Assembly (NCBI GenBank): GCA_964474435.1
Contig: CAYYSI010000001.1
Coordinates: 62,647-126,646, forward strand
DNA length: 64,000 nt
Direction of reading: 5' to 3'
DNA from: an uncultured Candidatus Saccharibacteria bacterium
GTDB lineage: Bacteria > Patescibacteriota > Minisyncoccia > Phycocordibacterales > UBA9973
Shown here: piece by piece, positions 39,267-48,980 of the stretch
How the letters are laid out: each line of letters begins with the position of its first letter
How positions within the stretch are numbered: the first letter of the stretch is position 1
Notes under the pieces: model-generated
Database searches by the model: none
The model's input: only the letters and a program-made list of their open reading frames with translations
Told to the model about the DNA's origin: nothing
Program-made: the position numbers and the translations under genes

Positions 39267-40220
39267 ATGCAAAAAATCGGAGTACTCCGCGGGGGTCCTG
39301 GAGACGAATATCATTTGTCGCTTGAAAGTGGCGCGCGCATTTCTGCCGCACTTCGTGCCGAAGGCTATGACGTACTCGACATGCTCGTCGATCGCGAGGG
39401 CATTCTCCATATCAAAGGTATCCCGGCAGCTATCGAGGAGATCCCTCAACACGTCGACATGGTGTGGAATGCGCTGCATGGTGCCGGTGGCGAAGACGGC
39501 GTGATACAGCGCATGCTCGAAGAAATCGGTATACCATACAGTGGCTCTGGCATCGATGCCTCTGAAGCAACGATCAACAAACTCACTGCCAAAGAACGTG
39601 CAAAAGAATTGGGACTTAAAACTCCCGAGTCCATACTTGTCATGCCCGAAGGAGGCGAGTCCGTATCAGAGATCACCCAAAATATTTATAAGCGCATGTC
39701 ACCACCGTGGGTACTCAAGCCATTGACGGGTGGCGCATCAATCAATACCTACTTTGCATTCACGCCGCTCGAACTCGCGCACTTTGTCGAAGAAAGCGTT
39801 TCGAACGGACAGCCATTCATTGTCGAGCAATACATATACGGCAGGGAAGCATCAGTCGGTGTGATCGATAACTTTCGTGGACAGGACAAATATGTGCTGC
39901 CAGTGGTTGAGCTCAAGTCCACAAATCGCGGCGTACTCACACACGACGCCCGCAAAGGAGACGAGCATGCAGTTGTGGGTGGATCATTCCGAAGTGATGA
40001 ACGAGAAATGCTCTCCAAGCTCGGGCGAGATTTGCACGAACACCTCGGTGCGAATGATTATTCTCAAAGTGAGTTCATCGTCGATAAGTATGGCAAAATT
40101 TGGTATATCGAAACTGACACCTCGCCACACATGGGTGAGCACAATGCATTTGCAAAGGCACTCAAGCATGTTGGGTCGTCATTGGGAGAATTCGTAAAGT
40201 CAGTAATCGGCAGGAAATAA
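39267..40220 (+). CDS. ddl: D-alanine--D-alanine ligase family ATP-grasp protein
   Basis: GVLRGGPGDEYHLSL, NALHGAGGEDG, IPYSGS; degenerate C-terminal IETDTSP. Confidence 0.82.
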   Translation: MQKIGVLRGGPGDEYHLSLESGARISAALRAEGYDVLDMLVDREGILHIKGIPAAIEEIPQHVDMVWNALHGAGGEDGVIQRMLEEIGIPYSGSGIDASEATINKLTAKERAKELGLKTPESILVMPEGGESVSEITQNIYKRMSPPWVLKPLTGGASINTYFAFTPLELAHFVEESVSNGQPFIVEQYIYGREASVGVIDNFRGQDKYVLPVVELKSTNRGVLTHDARKGDEHAVVGGSFRSDEREMLSKLGRDLHEHLGANDYSQSEFIVDKYGKIWYIETDTSPHMGEHNAFAKALKHVGSSLGEFVKSVIGRK

Positions 40221-40257
40221 AAAACCACTCAGATGAGTGGTTTTTTATTTAGAAATA

Positions 40258-40521
40258 TTATTCGTCAGTGTCTACTTTGTCATGCTCCACTGTTTCTTTG
40301 ACGACGTCAGAGAAATGTTCTTCTTGAGCCTCGACAACTTTTTCGAGAGCTTCTGTTGTATCTCCGCCATTTTCTTTGGCTTCCGCATAAGCTTCTTTGG
40401 CCTCATCTACTTTTTGTGCTGAATCGTCAGCATTAGACGAGTCTCCAAGGGCATCCGCAATCAATCCATCAAAGAATCGAAATACTGCCTCGAATGGGTT
40501 TTGTAACGCTATTGCATACAT
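40258..40521 (-). CDS. Small acidic hypothetical protein
   Basis: 87 aa from MYAIAL; GAGG upstream; convergent terminator 40219-40246. Confidence 0.55.
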   Translation of the reverse strand: MYAIALQNPFEAVFRFFDGLIADALGDSSNADDSAQKVDEAKEAYAEAKENGGDTTEALEKVVEAQEEHFSDVVKETVEHDKVDTDE

Positions 40522-40573
40522 AGATATATCCTCGTTTGGCTTATAAGGGACCTGTATATAGTATACTCCTAGT

Positions 40574-41578
40574 ATGGAACAAAAAAAAATCACACCATTA
40601 TTCTTCTTTTTGTCATTAGGAACCGTCGTGACGCTGATCGCAAGCGTGTCGGCATTTTTAAACCTTATATTTGAAACACTCAATCATGCATTGCCCGACG
40701 TGCTGACCGATGCGTATACCTATGGATACGCAAACTATAGTTATGAAAACGTTCGTAGTGCACTCGCGCTTCTCATCATCATATTCCCAGTATTCTTGGT
40801 GCTCGAACATTTCTGGTCAAAGCAGGCGCGTGCATCAGACCTCTCGTCATGGAATGCAACACTTCGCAAATGGGCAATCTATCTCATTTTGTTCCTCGCA
40901 AGTATCACGATCATCACTGACCTCGTCATACTCGTGCGGTATTTTGTTTCTGGTGAAATAACCACACGCTTTATTTTGAAAATCGCGCTCACGCTCCTCG
41001 TCGCAGGCAAGGTCGGGTATTACTACATCCGCAAACTCCTCAACAAGACTTCTCGCACATGGAGCAATCTCTATCTCGGTGGCAGTATCCTCCTTGTACT
41101 CGCAGGCATCATCTGGAGCTTCTCGGTGATCGGCTCACCTATGAATCAACGCAAACTCCGCATGGATGATCGTCGCATCAATGATCTGCAGTCCATCCAG
41201 TGGCAGGTGATCAGTTATTGGCAGCAAAAGGAGAAATTGCCAGCAACACTCACCGAGCTATCAAACCCAATCTCGAGCTACATGGTGCCGACTGATCCAG
41301 AATTCCAAAAAGGAAAGATGTATGAATATGCAAAAACAGGGGACAAATCATTTGAACTCTGTGCAACATTCGACCTGCCTATGCCCAAAGGCTGGGTCCC
41401 AGGTACAGGAGGCGGTATTGCGTACCCAATGACGGCTACACGTGACGCTGCGGTCTCGATGCCATATCCTGGCGCAATAGGGAGCGATAGTTGGGATCAC
41501 GAAGGCGGCCGCGCATGCTTCACTCGCACCATTGATCCAGATCTGTATCCTCCGTATCCAAAGCCAGTGAAAGGGTAA
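40574..41578 (+). CDS. DUF5671-like membrane protein
   Basis: Multi-TM N-half, GSP...R..D..RINDL motif, YEY...FELCATF. Confidence 0.8.
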   Translation: MEQKKITPLFFFLSLGTVVTLIASVSAFLNLIFETLNHALPDVLTDAYTYGYANYSYENVRSALALLIIIFPVFLVLEHFWSKQARASDLSSWNATLRKWAIYLILFLASITIITDLVILVRYFVSGEITTRFILKIALTLLVAGKVGYYYIRKLLNKTSRTWSNLYLGGSILLVLAGIIWSFSVIGSPMNQRKLRMDDRRINDLQSIQWQVISYWQQKEKLPATLTELSNPISSYMVPTDPEFQKGKMYEYAKTGDKSFELCATFDLPMPKGWVPGTGGGIAYPMTATRDAAVSMPYPGAIGSDSWDHEGGRACFTRTIDPDLYPPYPKPVKG

Positions 41579-41624
41579 TTGCGTTTCTGGTACTAAATTA
41601 GTATTATGATGCAAATTATTATTT

Positions 41625-41783
41625 ATGGCAGTAGCAACTTCGGAAGAAATGATACAAAGTGCTAGTATCGTTAATTATGATATGGAAGCTTATGAAATAA
41701 AAATGAGGAAACTTGGGTACTCATTTGAATCAGAAGAAGAGGGTAAATCTTCTTCTGCGGTAGAAGAAAGCACTAAAGATTAA
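41625..41783 (+). CDS. Small acidic AT-rich protein (52 aa, MAVATSEEMIQS...; absent from ORF track)
   Basis: Open frame followed by terminator at ~41798-41825. Confidence 0.5.
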   Translation: MAVATSEEMIQSASIVNYDMEAYEIKMRKLGYSFESEEEGKSSSAVEESTKD

Positions 41784-41865
41784 TAGGAAATAACCCAGAC
41801 TCCCAGTGTTACCACTGGGAGTTTTCATTTGCTAAATACCCCATTTTGTGGAAAAATCGTTATAC

Positions 41866-44385
41866 ATGAAAGCCTACGACCACAAGGATATTGAAGCAAA
41901 ATGGCAGAAAGAGTGGGAAAGTGCTGCAACCTACAAAACGACAGAAGATAGTACGAAGCCGAAGCAATATGTCTTGGATATGTTTCCGTATCCTTCCGGA
42001 GAAGGACTCCATGTAGGACATCCTCGGGGATACATCGCAACCGACGTCTACAGTCGTAAAAAAAGAATGGAAGGATTTAACGTGCTGCATCCAATGGGAT
42101 GGGATGCATTTGGATTGCCAGCAGAAAACTATGCCATCAAAAACCAGGTACATCCGCGTGTTGCAGTAGAAAAAAATGTCGCACGATTTAAAGAGCAGCT
42201 CTCATTGATCGGACTCGACTATGATTGGTCACGCGAGATCAATACGACTGATCCGGCGTTTTACAAATGGACGCAATGGATATTTTTGCAGATGCTCAAA
42301 AAAGGTCTTGCCTATGAATCAAATGAGCCAGTGAACTGGTGTCCCACTGACAAGACTGTGCTTGCAAACGAAGATGTTGAGCCAGATGGTACCTGCGAAC
42401 GTTGCGGTACTAAGGTCGAAAAGAAGGCAATGCGACAGTGGGTGCTCAAGATCACTGACTATGCAGATCGCATGCTCGAAGATTTAGACAAGCTTCCAAA
42501 ATGGCCAGAAGGTGTAAAGGAAGCACAACGCAACTGGATTGGACGAAATGAAGGAAGTGAAATTGATTTCCCAATAGAAGGACAACCAGAGCATCCGATC
42601 AAGGTATTTACGACACGTGCTGACACATTGTTCGGTGTGACGTTTATTGCTGTCTCTGCAGGCCTTGCAAAGAAGTGGATTGATATGGGATGGAAAGCAT
42701 CGCCAGATGTTCAAGTCTATATTGAACAGGCGCTTGCACAAGAATCAGTTCGTGATTTCAAAGAAAAAGAAAAGACTGGTATCCCGGCTGGCTTTGATGC
42801 CATCAATCCTGGTACCAAAGAAAAAGTTCCTATCTGGATCACGAACTATGTCATGAGTGATGTCGGCACTGGCGCGATCATGGGTGTACCCGCGCATGAT
42901 GAGAGAGATTTTGAATTTGCACTTAAATACAATCTGAAAATAATAGATGTTGTGGATCCTAATCCTAAACTCATTGATGAATACTACAAAAAGATTGGGT
43001 ACGACAAAAGATGTTACACAGGTTCTGGAGTTTTAATTAATTCCAATCAATTCAACGGTCTCACCTCAGAAGAAGCTCGCACAAAAATCACTGAATTTGT
43101 TGGAGGAAAAATGATAAGTACCTATCGCATCAAGGATTGGGTGTTTTCTCGGCAGAGATATTGGGGAGAACCAATCCCAGTTATTCACTGTGAAAAATGC
43201 GGAGTAGTACCGGTACCCGAGGATCAACTGCCCGTGCTTTTGCCGGAGGTTACCAAATATGAACCAACTGGCAGAGGAGAAAGCCCGCTTGCAGATATTG
43301 CAGAATGGGTGAACACACCATGTCCGACGTGTGGAGGTGCCGCAAAACGCGAGACAAACACCATGCCGCAATGGGCAGGATCATCTTGGTATTATTTGCG
43401 CTATATTGATCCGAACAATGGTGAGGCGCTTATTAATCCAACCAAAGAAAAGCAGTGGATGCCAGTCGATGTCTATGTCGGCGGGGATCATGCAACACGG
43501 CACCTTATATATGCACGTTTTTGGCATAAGTTTCTCTTTGATATTGGAGTGGTAACAACCGAAGAACCATTTCCTCGTCTTGAATTTCTCGGATTTATTT
43601 TGGCAGAAGATGGCCGCAAAATGTCCAAGCGCTGGGGAAATATCGTCAATCCTGATGACGTCATAAAGCAATTTGGAGCAGATGCATTTCGACTCTATGA
43701 AATGTTTATTGGTCCATTTGAAGGGACTGTTCCCTGGAGCACCAATGGACTCGTCGGCACGCGTCGCTTTGTTGAAAAAGTATGGCGTTATGTAAAAGAT
43801 AAAACAGTAGAAAGGTTTATTGAAGATGGAGGTAAAGAGAGATTAGATGGTTATAGAAATGGAGACGTAATGTCTTCATATAATGATAAAAGATTACAAA
43901 TAAAAATTCATAAATGTATAAAAAAAGTTAGTGAAGATATCGAATCATTTAAGTTTAATACAGCAATATCAGAATTAATGATTATTTTCAATGAACTTTT
44001 ACAAGAAAGTAAATCTGGGTATATGTCAGAAAGTTTAACCACTGGAATTCCTTATAAAGACCTCTCTAGTTTATTGAGAATTCTCGCCCCATTTGCCCCT
44101 CACATGACCGAAGAGTTGTGGCATGAGCTTGGAGAGACATCTTCTATTCACTTGAGTGAATGGCCAAAGGCAGATGAAGCGTTGCTTGTGGATGATACAG
44201 TCACGATCGGGGTACAGATCAATGGCAAGGTTCGTGATGAGCTCACGATTGCAGTATCTGCAACTAAACAAGAAATAGAACATGCGGCGCGCGAGCTCCC
44301 TCGTATCAAAGAATATACAGAAGGGAAGTCGATCAAAAACGTCATCGTTGTTCCAGGCCGCATTATCAACATCCTCACCGAGTAG
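41866..44385 (+). CDS. leuS: Leucyl-tRNA synthetase
   Basis: MFPYPSG-LHVGH, GWDAFGLPAE, SRQRYWGEPIP, KMSKR. Confidence 0.97.
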   Translation: MKAYDHKDIEAKWQKEWESAATYKTTEDSTKPKQYVLDMFPYPSGEGLHVGHPRGYIATDVYSRKKRMEGFNVLHPMGWDAFGLPAENYAIKNQVHPRVAVEKNVARFKEQLSLIGLDYDWSREINTTDPAFYKWTQWIFLQMLKKGLAYESNEPVNWCPTDKTVLANEDVEPDGTCERCGTKVEKKAMRQWVLKITDYADRMLEDLDKLPKWPEGVKEAQRNWIGRNEGSEIDFPIEGQPEHPIKVFTTRADTLFGVTFIAVSAGLAKKWIDMGWKASPDVQVYIEQALAQESVRDFKEKEKTGIPAGFDAINPGTKEKVPIWITNYVMSDVGTGAIMGVPAHDERDFEFALKYNLKIIDVVDPNPKLIDEYYKKIGYDKRCYTGSGVLINSNQFNGLTSEEARTKITEFVGGKMISTYRIKDWVFSRQRYWGEPIPVIHCEKCGVVPVPEDQLPVLLPEVTKYEPTGRGESPLADIAEWVNTPCPTCGGAAKRETNTMPQWAGSSWYYLRYIDPNNGEALINPTKEKQWMPVDVYVGGDHATRHLIYARFWHKFLFDIGVVTTEEPFPRLEFLGFILAEDGRKMSKRWGNIVNPDDVIKQFGADAFRLYEMFIGPFEGTVPWSTNGLVGTRRFVEKVWRYVKDKTVERFIEDGGKERLDGYRNGDVMSSYNDKRLQIKIHKCIKKVSEDIESFKFNTAISELMIIFNELLQESKSGYMSESLTTGIPYKDLSSLLRILAPFAPHMTEELWHELGETSSIHLSEWPKADEALLVDDTVTIGVQINGKVRDELTIAVSATKQEIEHAARELPRIKEYTEGKSIKNVIVVPGRIINILTE

Positions 44386-44421
44386 CCACCGAGGCTACAT
44401 GTGCGCTATTATATAGACATT

Positions 44422-46713
44422 ATGTACCAAACATTCATCAAAAAGTTCAGCAATATTTCGTTTACCATTCTCATGATCGTCTGTGCACTCCTGCCAGTCT
44501 TTTTCTTGCCGGCGACGTGGGGTGGGATCGGGGCAGTCAAAGGGGTCATTTTGTATATTGGTGTCTTTTTGGCATTTTCGTTTTGGCTCTTGGCGCAGTT
44601 TGTCGAAGGTACGCTGCACATCCCAAAGCACAAGGCATTTCTTGCACTTGCGGCATGGGTCGTCTTTGCACTCGTCAGTGCACTGACATCCAAGAATGTT
44701 GCAGTATCACTCTGGGGCCGAGGATTTGTGATTGATTCTTTTGCGACCGTACTCGTCATCGCACTTCTCACATTTCTCGTTGCGACATTTGCGCGTGAGC
44801 AAAAGCGACTCGTGAAGCTGTTCTTGGCGACATTTGTCGGGTCAGTTGCAACAGTGTTGCTCCAAGTCATCCTCTATGTCTCTCAAAAGATTCCGTTTGT
44901 CGCAAATCATCTCGCACATGTTGCAAACCAAGGAACACTCGTCGGGACATGGGTCGACTTTGCACACTTTGTGACGTTTACATTCCTGCTCTCACTTCTC
45001 ATGTACGAAGTATTGATGCCAAAAGGCTTTTTCAAGAAGCTTTCACTGTTTGCCATGATCCTTTCGATCATCGTCCTCATATTCCTCAACTTCAAAGTTG
45101 CATGGATCGTGACGATCATCTCTGCCCTTCTGGTATTCGTCTACAAATCATCAGTTGAGCGATCAGTTGCCAAGTTTTTCCCATACCAATCAGTCGACAT
45201 CGATACTGATCCAGCCGAAGCTGCTAAAGAACTCACACCCAAGTTTCCTATCATGTCATTTGGGGCACTCCTCATTGGACTCTTCTTTTTCCTTAGTAGT
45301 GGATCGATCGGGGCACAGCTCTCGGCACGTGCAGGCATTGCATTCAATGACATCAGACCGTCATTTAGTGCAACGACGCATGTGATGCGGGCAACACTCA
45401 TTCATGACCCAGTCTTTGGAGCAGGTGCGGGACGATTTGGAGACGTATGGAATCTCTATCATCCACTCTCGATCAATCAGACACAGTTTTGGAATACGAC
45501 ATTTGACGGAGGATTTAGCATGTTTGAAACGATCATCACAACCAACGGTATTCTTGCAGCGATCGCACTCATCGCACTCCTTGCGTTTTCAATGATTCAC
45601 GGATTCCGACTCTTCAATTATCAATTCCCAGATCGGTTTAGCCGGTTCATCGCAGTGGCATCGCTCATCATGTTCATCGCCTTTGTGTCACTCTTCCTCT
45701 TTTCTTCACCTGGTATCGTACTCGTCGTCTTTGGGTTTATGTACCTCGCGCTCTTGCTCGGCGTATCAAGTATGGTTGGGCGAATACCTGTGATGGAGAT
45801 CAACTATTTGCGTGATCCACGACTTTCGTTCTTTGCGATCCTCATCCTCGTGCTCGCAACAATGGCAGGATTTACCTCTGCATATTTCTCCGGCAATCGT
45901 TTTGCAAGTATCCGCATGTACAATCGCGCACTCACAGCCCCTGACATTGCAACGGCATCAACACGTCTCGATCGCGCACTCTCTCTTTCACAAAATGATA
46001 TTTATTGGAGAACGCGTGCGGCACTGTATAGTCGCCAATTTACGGATACTGCAGCAGCCCAGAATCCTGACAAGACAGTGCTCCAAGGATACTTCACCCA
46101 AGCAGAGCAGAGCGCACGTGCCGCAGTCGCATGGGATACAACGAGTACGAGCAACTGGCTCGGGCTCAGTCAGATCTATCAGCTCCTCGCAGGCAGCAAT
46201 GCAGAAGACGCATATGCCAATGCAAAGCAAGCCGCAGACGAAGCGCAAACACGCAGTCCGATCAACCCTATCCTTCTCCTCAACCAAGCACAACTTGCGC
46301 TTACTAAACAAGACACCACTACTGCACTCGACTATATCAAACAAGCCCTCGTGCTCAAGGCAGACTATCTCGATGCATTTGTATTGCGTGCTCAGATCCG
46401 CAGCGCACAAGGTGACACGAGTGCGCCCAAGGATGAGCTGATCAAATATCTCTCAGTCGCGCCCTACGATACCCAAGGCTACATGTTGCTGGGGCAGGCA
46501 AATCTGGCGATCAAGGACTATCAAGAAGCGCTCGCAGCATATGCCACAGCAGCCAAACTAAATCCAAATGATCCAAATGCACCACTTGCAACGATCAACA
46601 CACTCATTGCCATGGGTCAGAAAGACAAGGCAATCGAAGCATTGCGCGCATTCAAAACATCGTTCCCTGGTGTTAGTGGTGTCGATGAAAAAATCAACGA
46701 GCTTCAGTATTAA
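44422..46713 (+). CDS. Polytopic membrane protein (O-antigen ligase-like) with C-terminal TPRs
   Basis: ~12 TM, PVFGAGAGRF loop, TPR-like helices. Confidence 0.78.
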   Translation: MYQTFIKKFSNISFTILMIVCALLPVFFLPATWGGIGAVKGVILYIGVFLAFSFWLLAQFVEGTLHIPKHKAFLALAAWVVFALVSALTSKNVAVSLWGRGFVIDSFATVLVIALLTFLVATFAREQKRLVKLFLATFVGSVATVLLQVILYVSQKIPFVANHLAHVANQGTLVGTWVDFAHFVTFTFLLSLLMYEVLMPKGFFKKLSLFAMILSIIVLIFLNFKVAWIVTIISALLVFVYKSSVERSVAKFFPYQSVDIDTDPAEAAKELTPKFPIMSFGALLIGLFFFLSSGSIGAQLSARAGIAFNDIRPSFSATTHVMRATLIHDPVFGAGAGRFGDVWNLYHPLSINQTQFWNTTFDGGFSMFETIITTNGILAAIALIALLAFSMIHGFRLFNYQFPDRFSRFIAVASLIMFIAFVSLFLFSSPGIVLVVFGFMYLALLLGVSSMVGRIPVMEINYLRDPRLSFFAILILVLATMAGFTSAYFSGNRFASIRMYNRALTAPDIATASTRLDRALSLSQNDIYWRTRAALYSRQFTDTAAAQNPDKTVLQGYFTQAEQSARAAVAWDTTSTSNWLGLSQIYQLLAGSNAEDAYANAKQAADEAQTRSPINPILLLNQAQLALTKQDTTTALDYIKQALVLKADYLDAFVLRAQIRSAQGDTSAPKDELIKYLSVAPYDTQGYMLLGQANLAIKDYQEALAAYATAAKLNPNDPNAPLATINTLIAMGQKDKAIEALRAFKTSFPGVSGVDEKINELQY

Positions 46714-46723
46714 GTGTTAGTGC

Positions 46724-48424
46724 ATGGTCCCTCGATTCCTCAAATTCCTCAACCGCGACGTGGCGACCATGAACCAGGCAGCGCTTGTGCTTGCAGTGTT
46801 CTCGATCGGCTCACAACTCTTTGGGCTGGTGCGCGACCGCATGCTTGCGTCTCTTGTGGGACCATCGACCGCGCTCGATGTGTACTATGCAGCGTTTCGT
46901 ATTCCTGACTTTATCTACAACTCGTTTGGCGTACTCTTTTCTCTCACGGTTCTGATTCCATTTATCACGCAGTACCTCGAAGAAGAAAAGGCAGGCAAGA
47001 CACTTGCACTCAAACGATTCCTCAACAGTGTCTTTACGGTCTTTGCGATTGGGATCATCTTTGTCTGCGTCATCGTTGTGATCCTCATGCCGTGGCTCAC
47101 CCATATCACAGCTCCCGGCTTTGATGCAGTCGCGCGTGCAGATCTCATACTGTATTCACGTATCATGCTCGTCTCGCCCATACTGTTTGGGGTGTCGAGC
47201 CTGCTTTCATCATTTGCACAAGTTCAAAAGAAATTCTTTTCATTTGCGATTGCACCACTCCTCTACAACATCGGCATCTTGCTCGGCATCGTACTGTTGC
47301 GGCCGATGTGGGGTATGCTTGGAGTTGTGTTTGGGGTTGTCATCGGTGCGCTCTTGTATTTCTTGATCCAGATCCCCACACTTGTCGCACTCAAGCGCAT
47401 ACCCCAGTTTGATCTCGACATTGACTGGACACTCATCAAGCGTGTCATGACACTCTCGCTCCCGCGCACACTTGGCTCGTCACTGACCAATCTTACATTC
47501 ATCGCCATGAGCGCTATCGCATCGCTGTTGGCAGTGGGATCTATCTCTATATTTCAGCTCTCATACAATATCGAAAACACGCCACTCCTGATCATCGGAG
47601 TGTCGTACGCAGTTGCTGCATTCCCAACGATGAGCAGACTCTTTAGTGAAGGCAATCCCAAAGAGCTCCTCGCAGTGCTCTATAGTGCGGCGCGCAACAT
47701 GTTTTTCCTTGCGATTCCGGCGTCACTGCTGATCATTATATTGCGGGCGCATGTGGTGCGTGTACTGCTCGGAGCAGGAGCATTTTCGTGGAATGACACA
47801 CGACTTGTGGCTGCAGCAGTTGCGCTGTTTTCAGTATCAGTTGCCGCACAGTGCATGGTACTGCTCTTGGTTCGGGCATTTTATGCAATAGGGAACACTA
47901 GGACCGCGCTTCGTATCAATATCATCGCTACTATCATCACTATTGCTTCAAGTGTTGGACTACTTGTGTTGTACCGAGATGTCATATTCTTTAGACATTT
48001 CATGGACAGCTTGCTGCGTATCGATGGGGTAGAAGGTGCAACGGTCATCATGTTGCCCCTCGGATTTTCGATCGGGCAGATCGCAAACGCACTCATGCTT
48101 TGGCACACATTCCACAAGACTCTCCATGGCACCAAGGCCGAGAACCGCAGCCTCGCTCGGACGATCTCGCATATGCTCGCAGCTGGGATTATTGCCGCAG
48201 CATCAGCATATGCAACACTCGCGGTCCTGGGTACAAGCGTCGACCAAAGCCGGTTTTGGGGCATACTCGCACAGGCGGGGATTGCAGGCATCATTGGCCT
48301 CGTCATGTACGCAGTAGTGCTCAGGGCACTGGGGAACGAAGACATCAGTCTGTTCATCACAACACTGCGATCCAAGTTCTGGAAAGCCCGCCCAACTGTC
48401 GTCCCTCAGCAGCCTGATCTCTAA
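46724..48424 (+). CDS. murJ: Lipid II flippase MurJ/MviN
   Basis: GLVRDR, YYAAFRIPD, RAFYA. Confidence 0.92.
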   Translation: MVPRFLKFLNRDVATMNQAALVLAVFSIGSQLFGLVRDRMLASLVGPSTALDVYYAAFRIPDFIYNSFGVLFSLTVLIPFITQYLEEEKAGKTLALKRFLNSVFTVFAIGIIFVCVIVVILMPWLTHITAPGFDAVARADLILYSRIMLVSPILFGVSSLLSSFAQVQKKFFSFAIAPLLYNIGILLGIVLLRPMWGMLGVVFGVVIGALLYFLIQIPTLVALKRIPQFDLDIDWTLIKRVMTLSLPRTLGSSLTNLTFIAMSAIASLLAVGSISIFQLSYNIENTPLLIIGVSYAVAAFPTMSRLFSEGNPKELLAVLYSAARNMFFLAIPASLLIIILRAHVVRVLLGAGAFSWNDTRLVAAAVALFSVSVAAQCMVLLLVRAFYAIGNTRTALRINIIATIITIASSVGLLVLYRDVIFFRHFMDSLLRIDGVEGATVIMLPLGFSIGQIANALMLWHTFHKTLHGTKAENRSLARTISHMLAAGIIAAASAYATLAVLGTSVDQSRFWGILAQAGIAGIIGLVMYAVVLRALGNEDISLFITTLRSKFWKARPTVVPQQPDL

Positions 48425-48475
48425 TATATTGACAATTTCATAAAATTACAGTATTTTTTAGAAAAATCACTGTAT

Positions 48476-48868
48476 ATGAAAGAATATAAAAAATATGAAT
48501 TACTCGTTAGGGTGTTACGAGAAATAATAGATGAGTATAAATCTTCTTTTAAAACCCAACTCGAAGTATCAGATGAAATACTTACATCTTTTTCTAAAGA
48601 CTATGAAAAGTACATGGTAGTTTGTAATACAAATCAAATAAGTATATATTCAGAAATCGTTAAAGAAACTTTTCCCTATAACGAAGGAACTCCTGAAATA
48701 TATGAAGAACTTATTATGTGTATGAACGAACTAACGTACTTTCGAATCGATATTGCTGATGTTTTTTTAATTATGTCGATAGGTCTTGAAAAAAATTTAG
48801 AATTGCTTAGTCCGGCAACTGTACAGATTGCAAAAGGAGTGAGAGAAAGATTTAACAGAGTAAAATGA
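48476..48868 (+). CDS. AT-rich hypothetical protein
   Basis: 130 aa ORF behind TTGACA (48429) directly after the murJ stop. Confidence 0.65.
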   Translation: MKEYKKYELLVRVLREIIDEYKSSFKTQLEVSDEILTSFSKDYEKYMVVCNTNQISIYSEIVKETFPYNEGTPEIYEELIMCMNELTYFRIDIADVFLIMSIGLEKNLELLSPATVQIAKGVRERFNRVK

Positions 48869-48944
48869 AAATTATGAAGAGGTCTAATAATTATGACCTC
48901 TTTTTCTTTTCCCAAAAACGGGTTTTTCTGGTATAGTTTTCGCA

Positions 48945-48971
48945 CCCTCCTCCGCTGAAGCTTCGGCGGGC
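48945..48971 (-). repeat. Short REP-like palindromic repeat, copy 2, in lepA 5' region
   Basis: Reverse complement matches 298-324 at 22/27. Confidence 0.7.
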
Positions 48972-48980
48972 AAAGCATCT

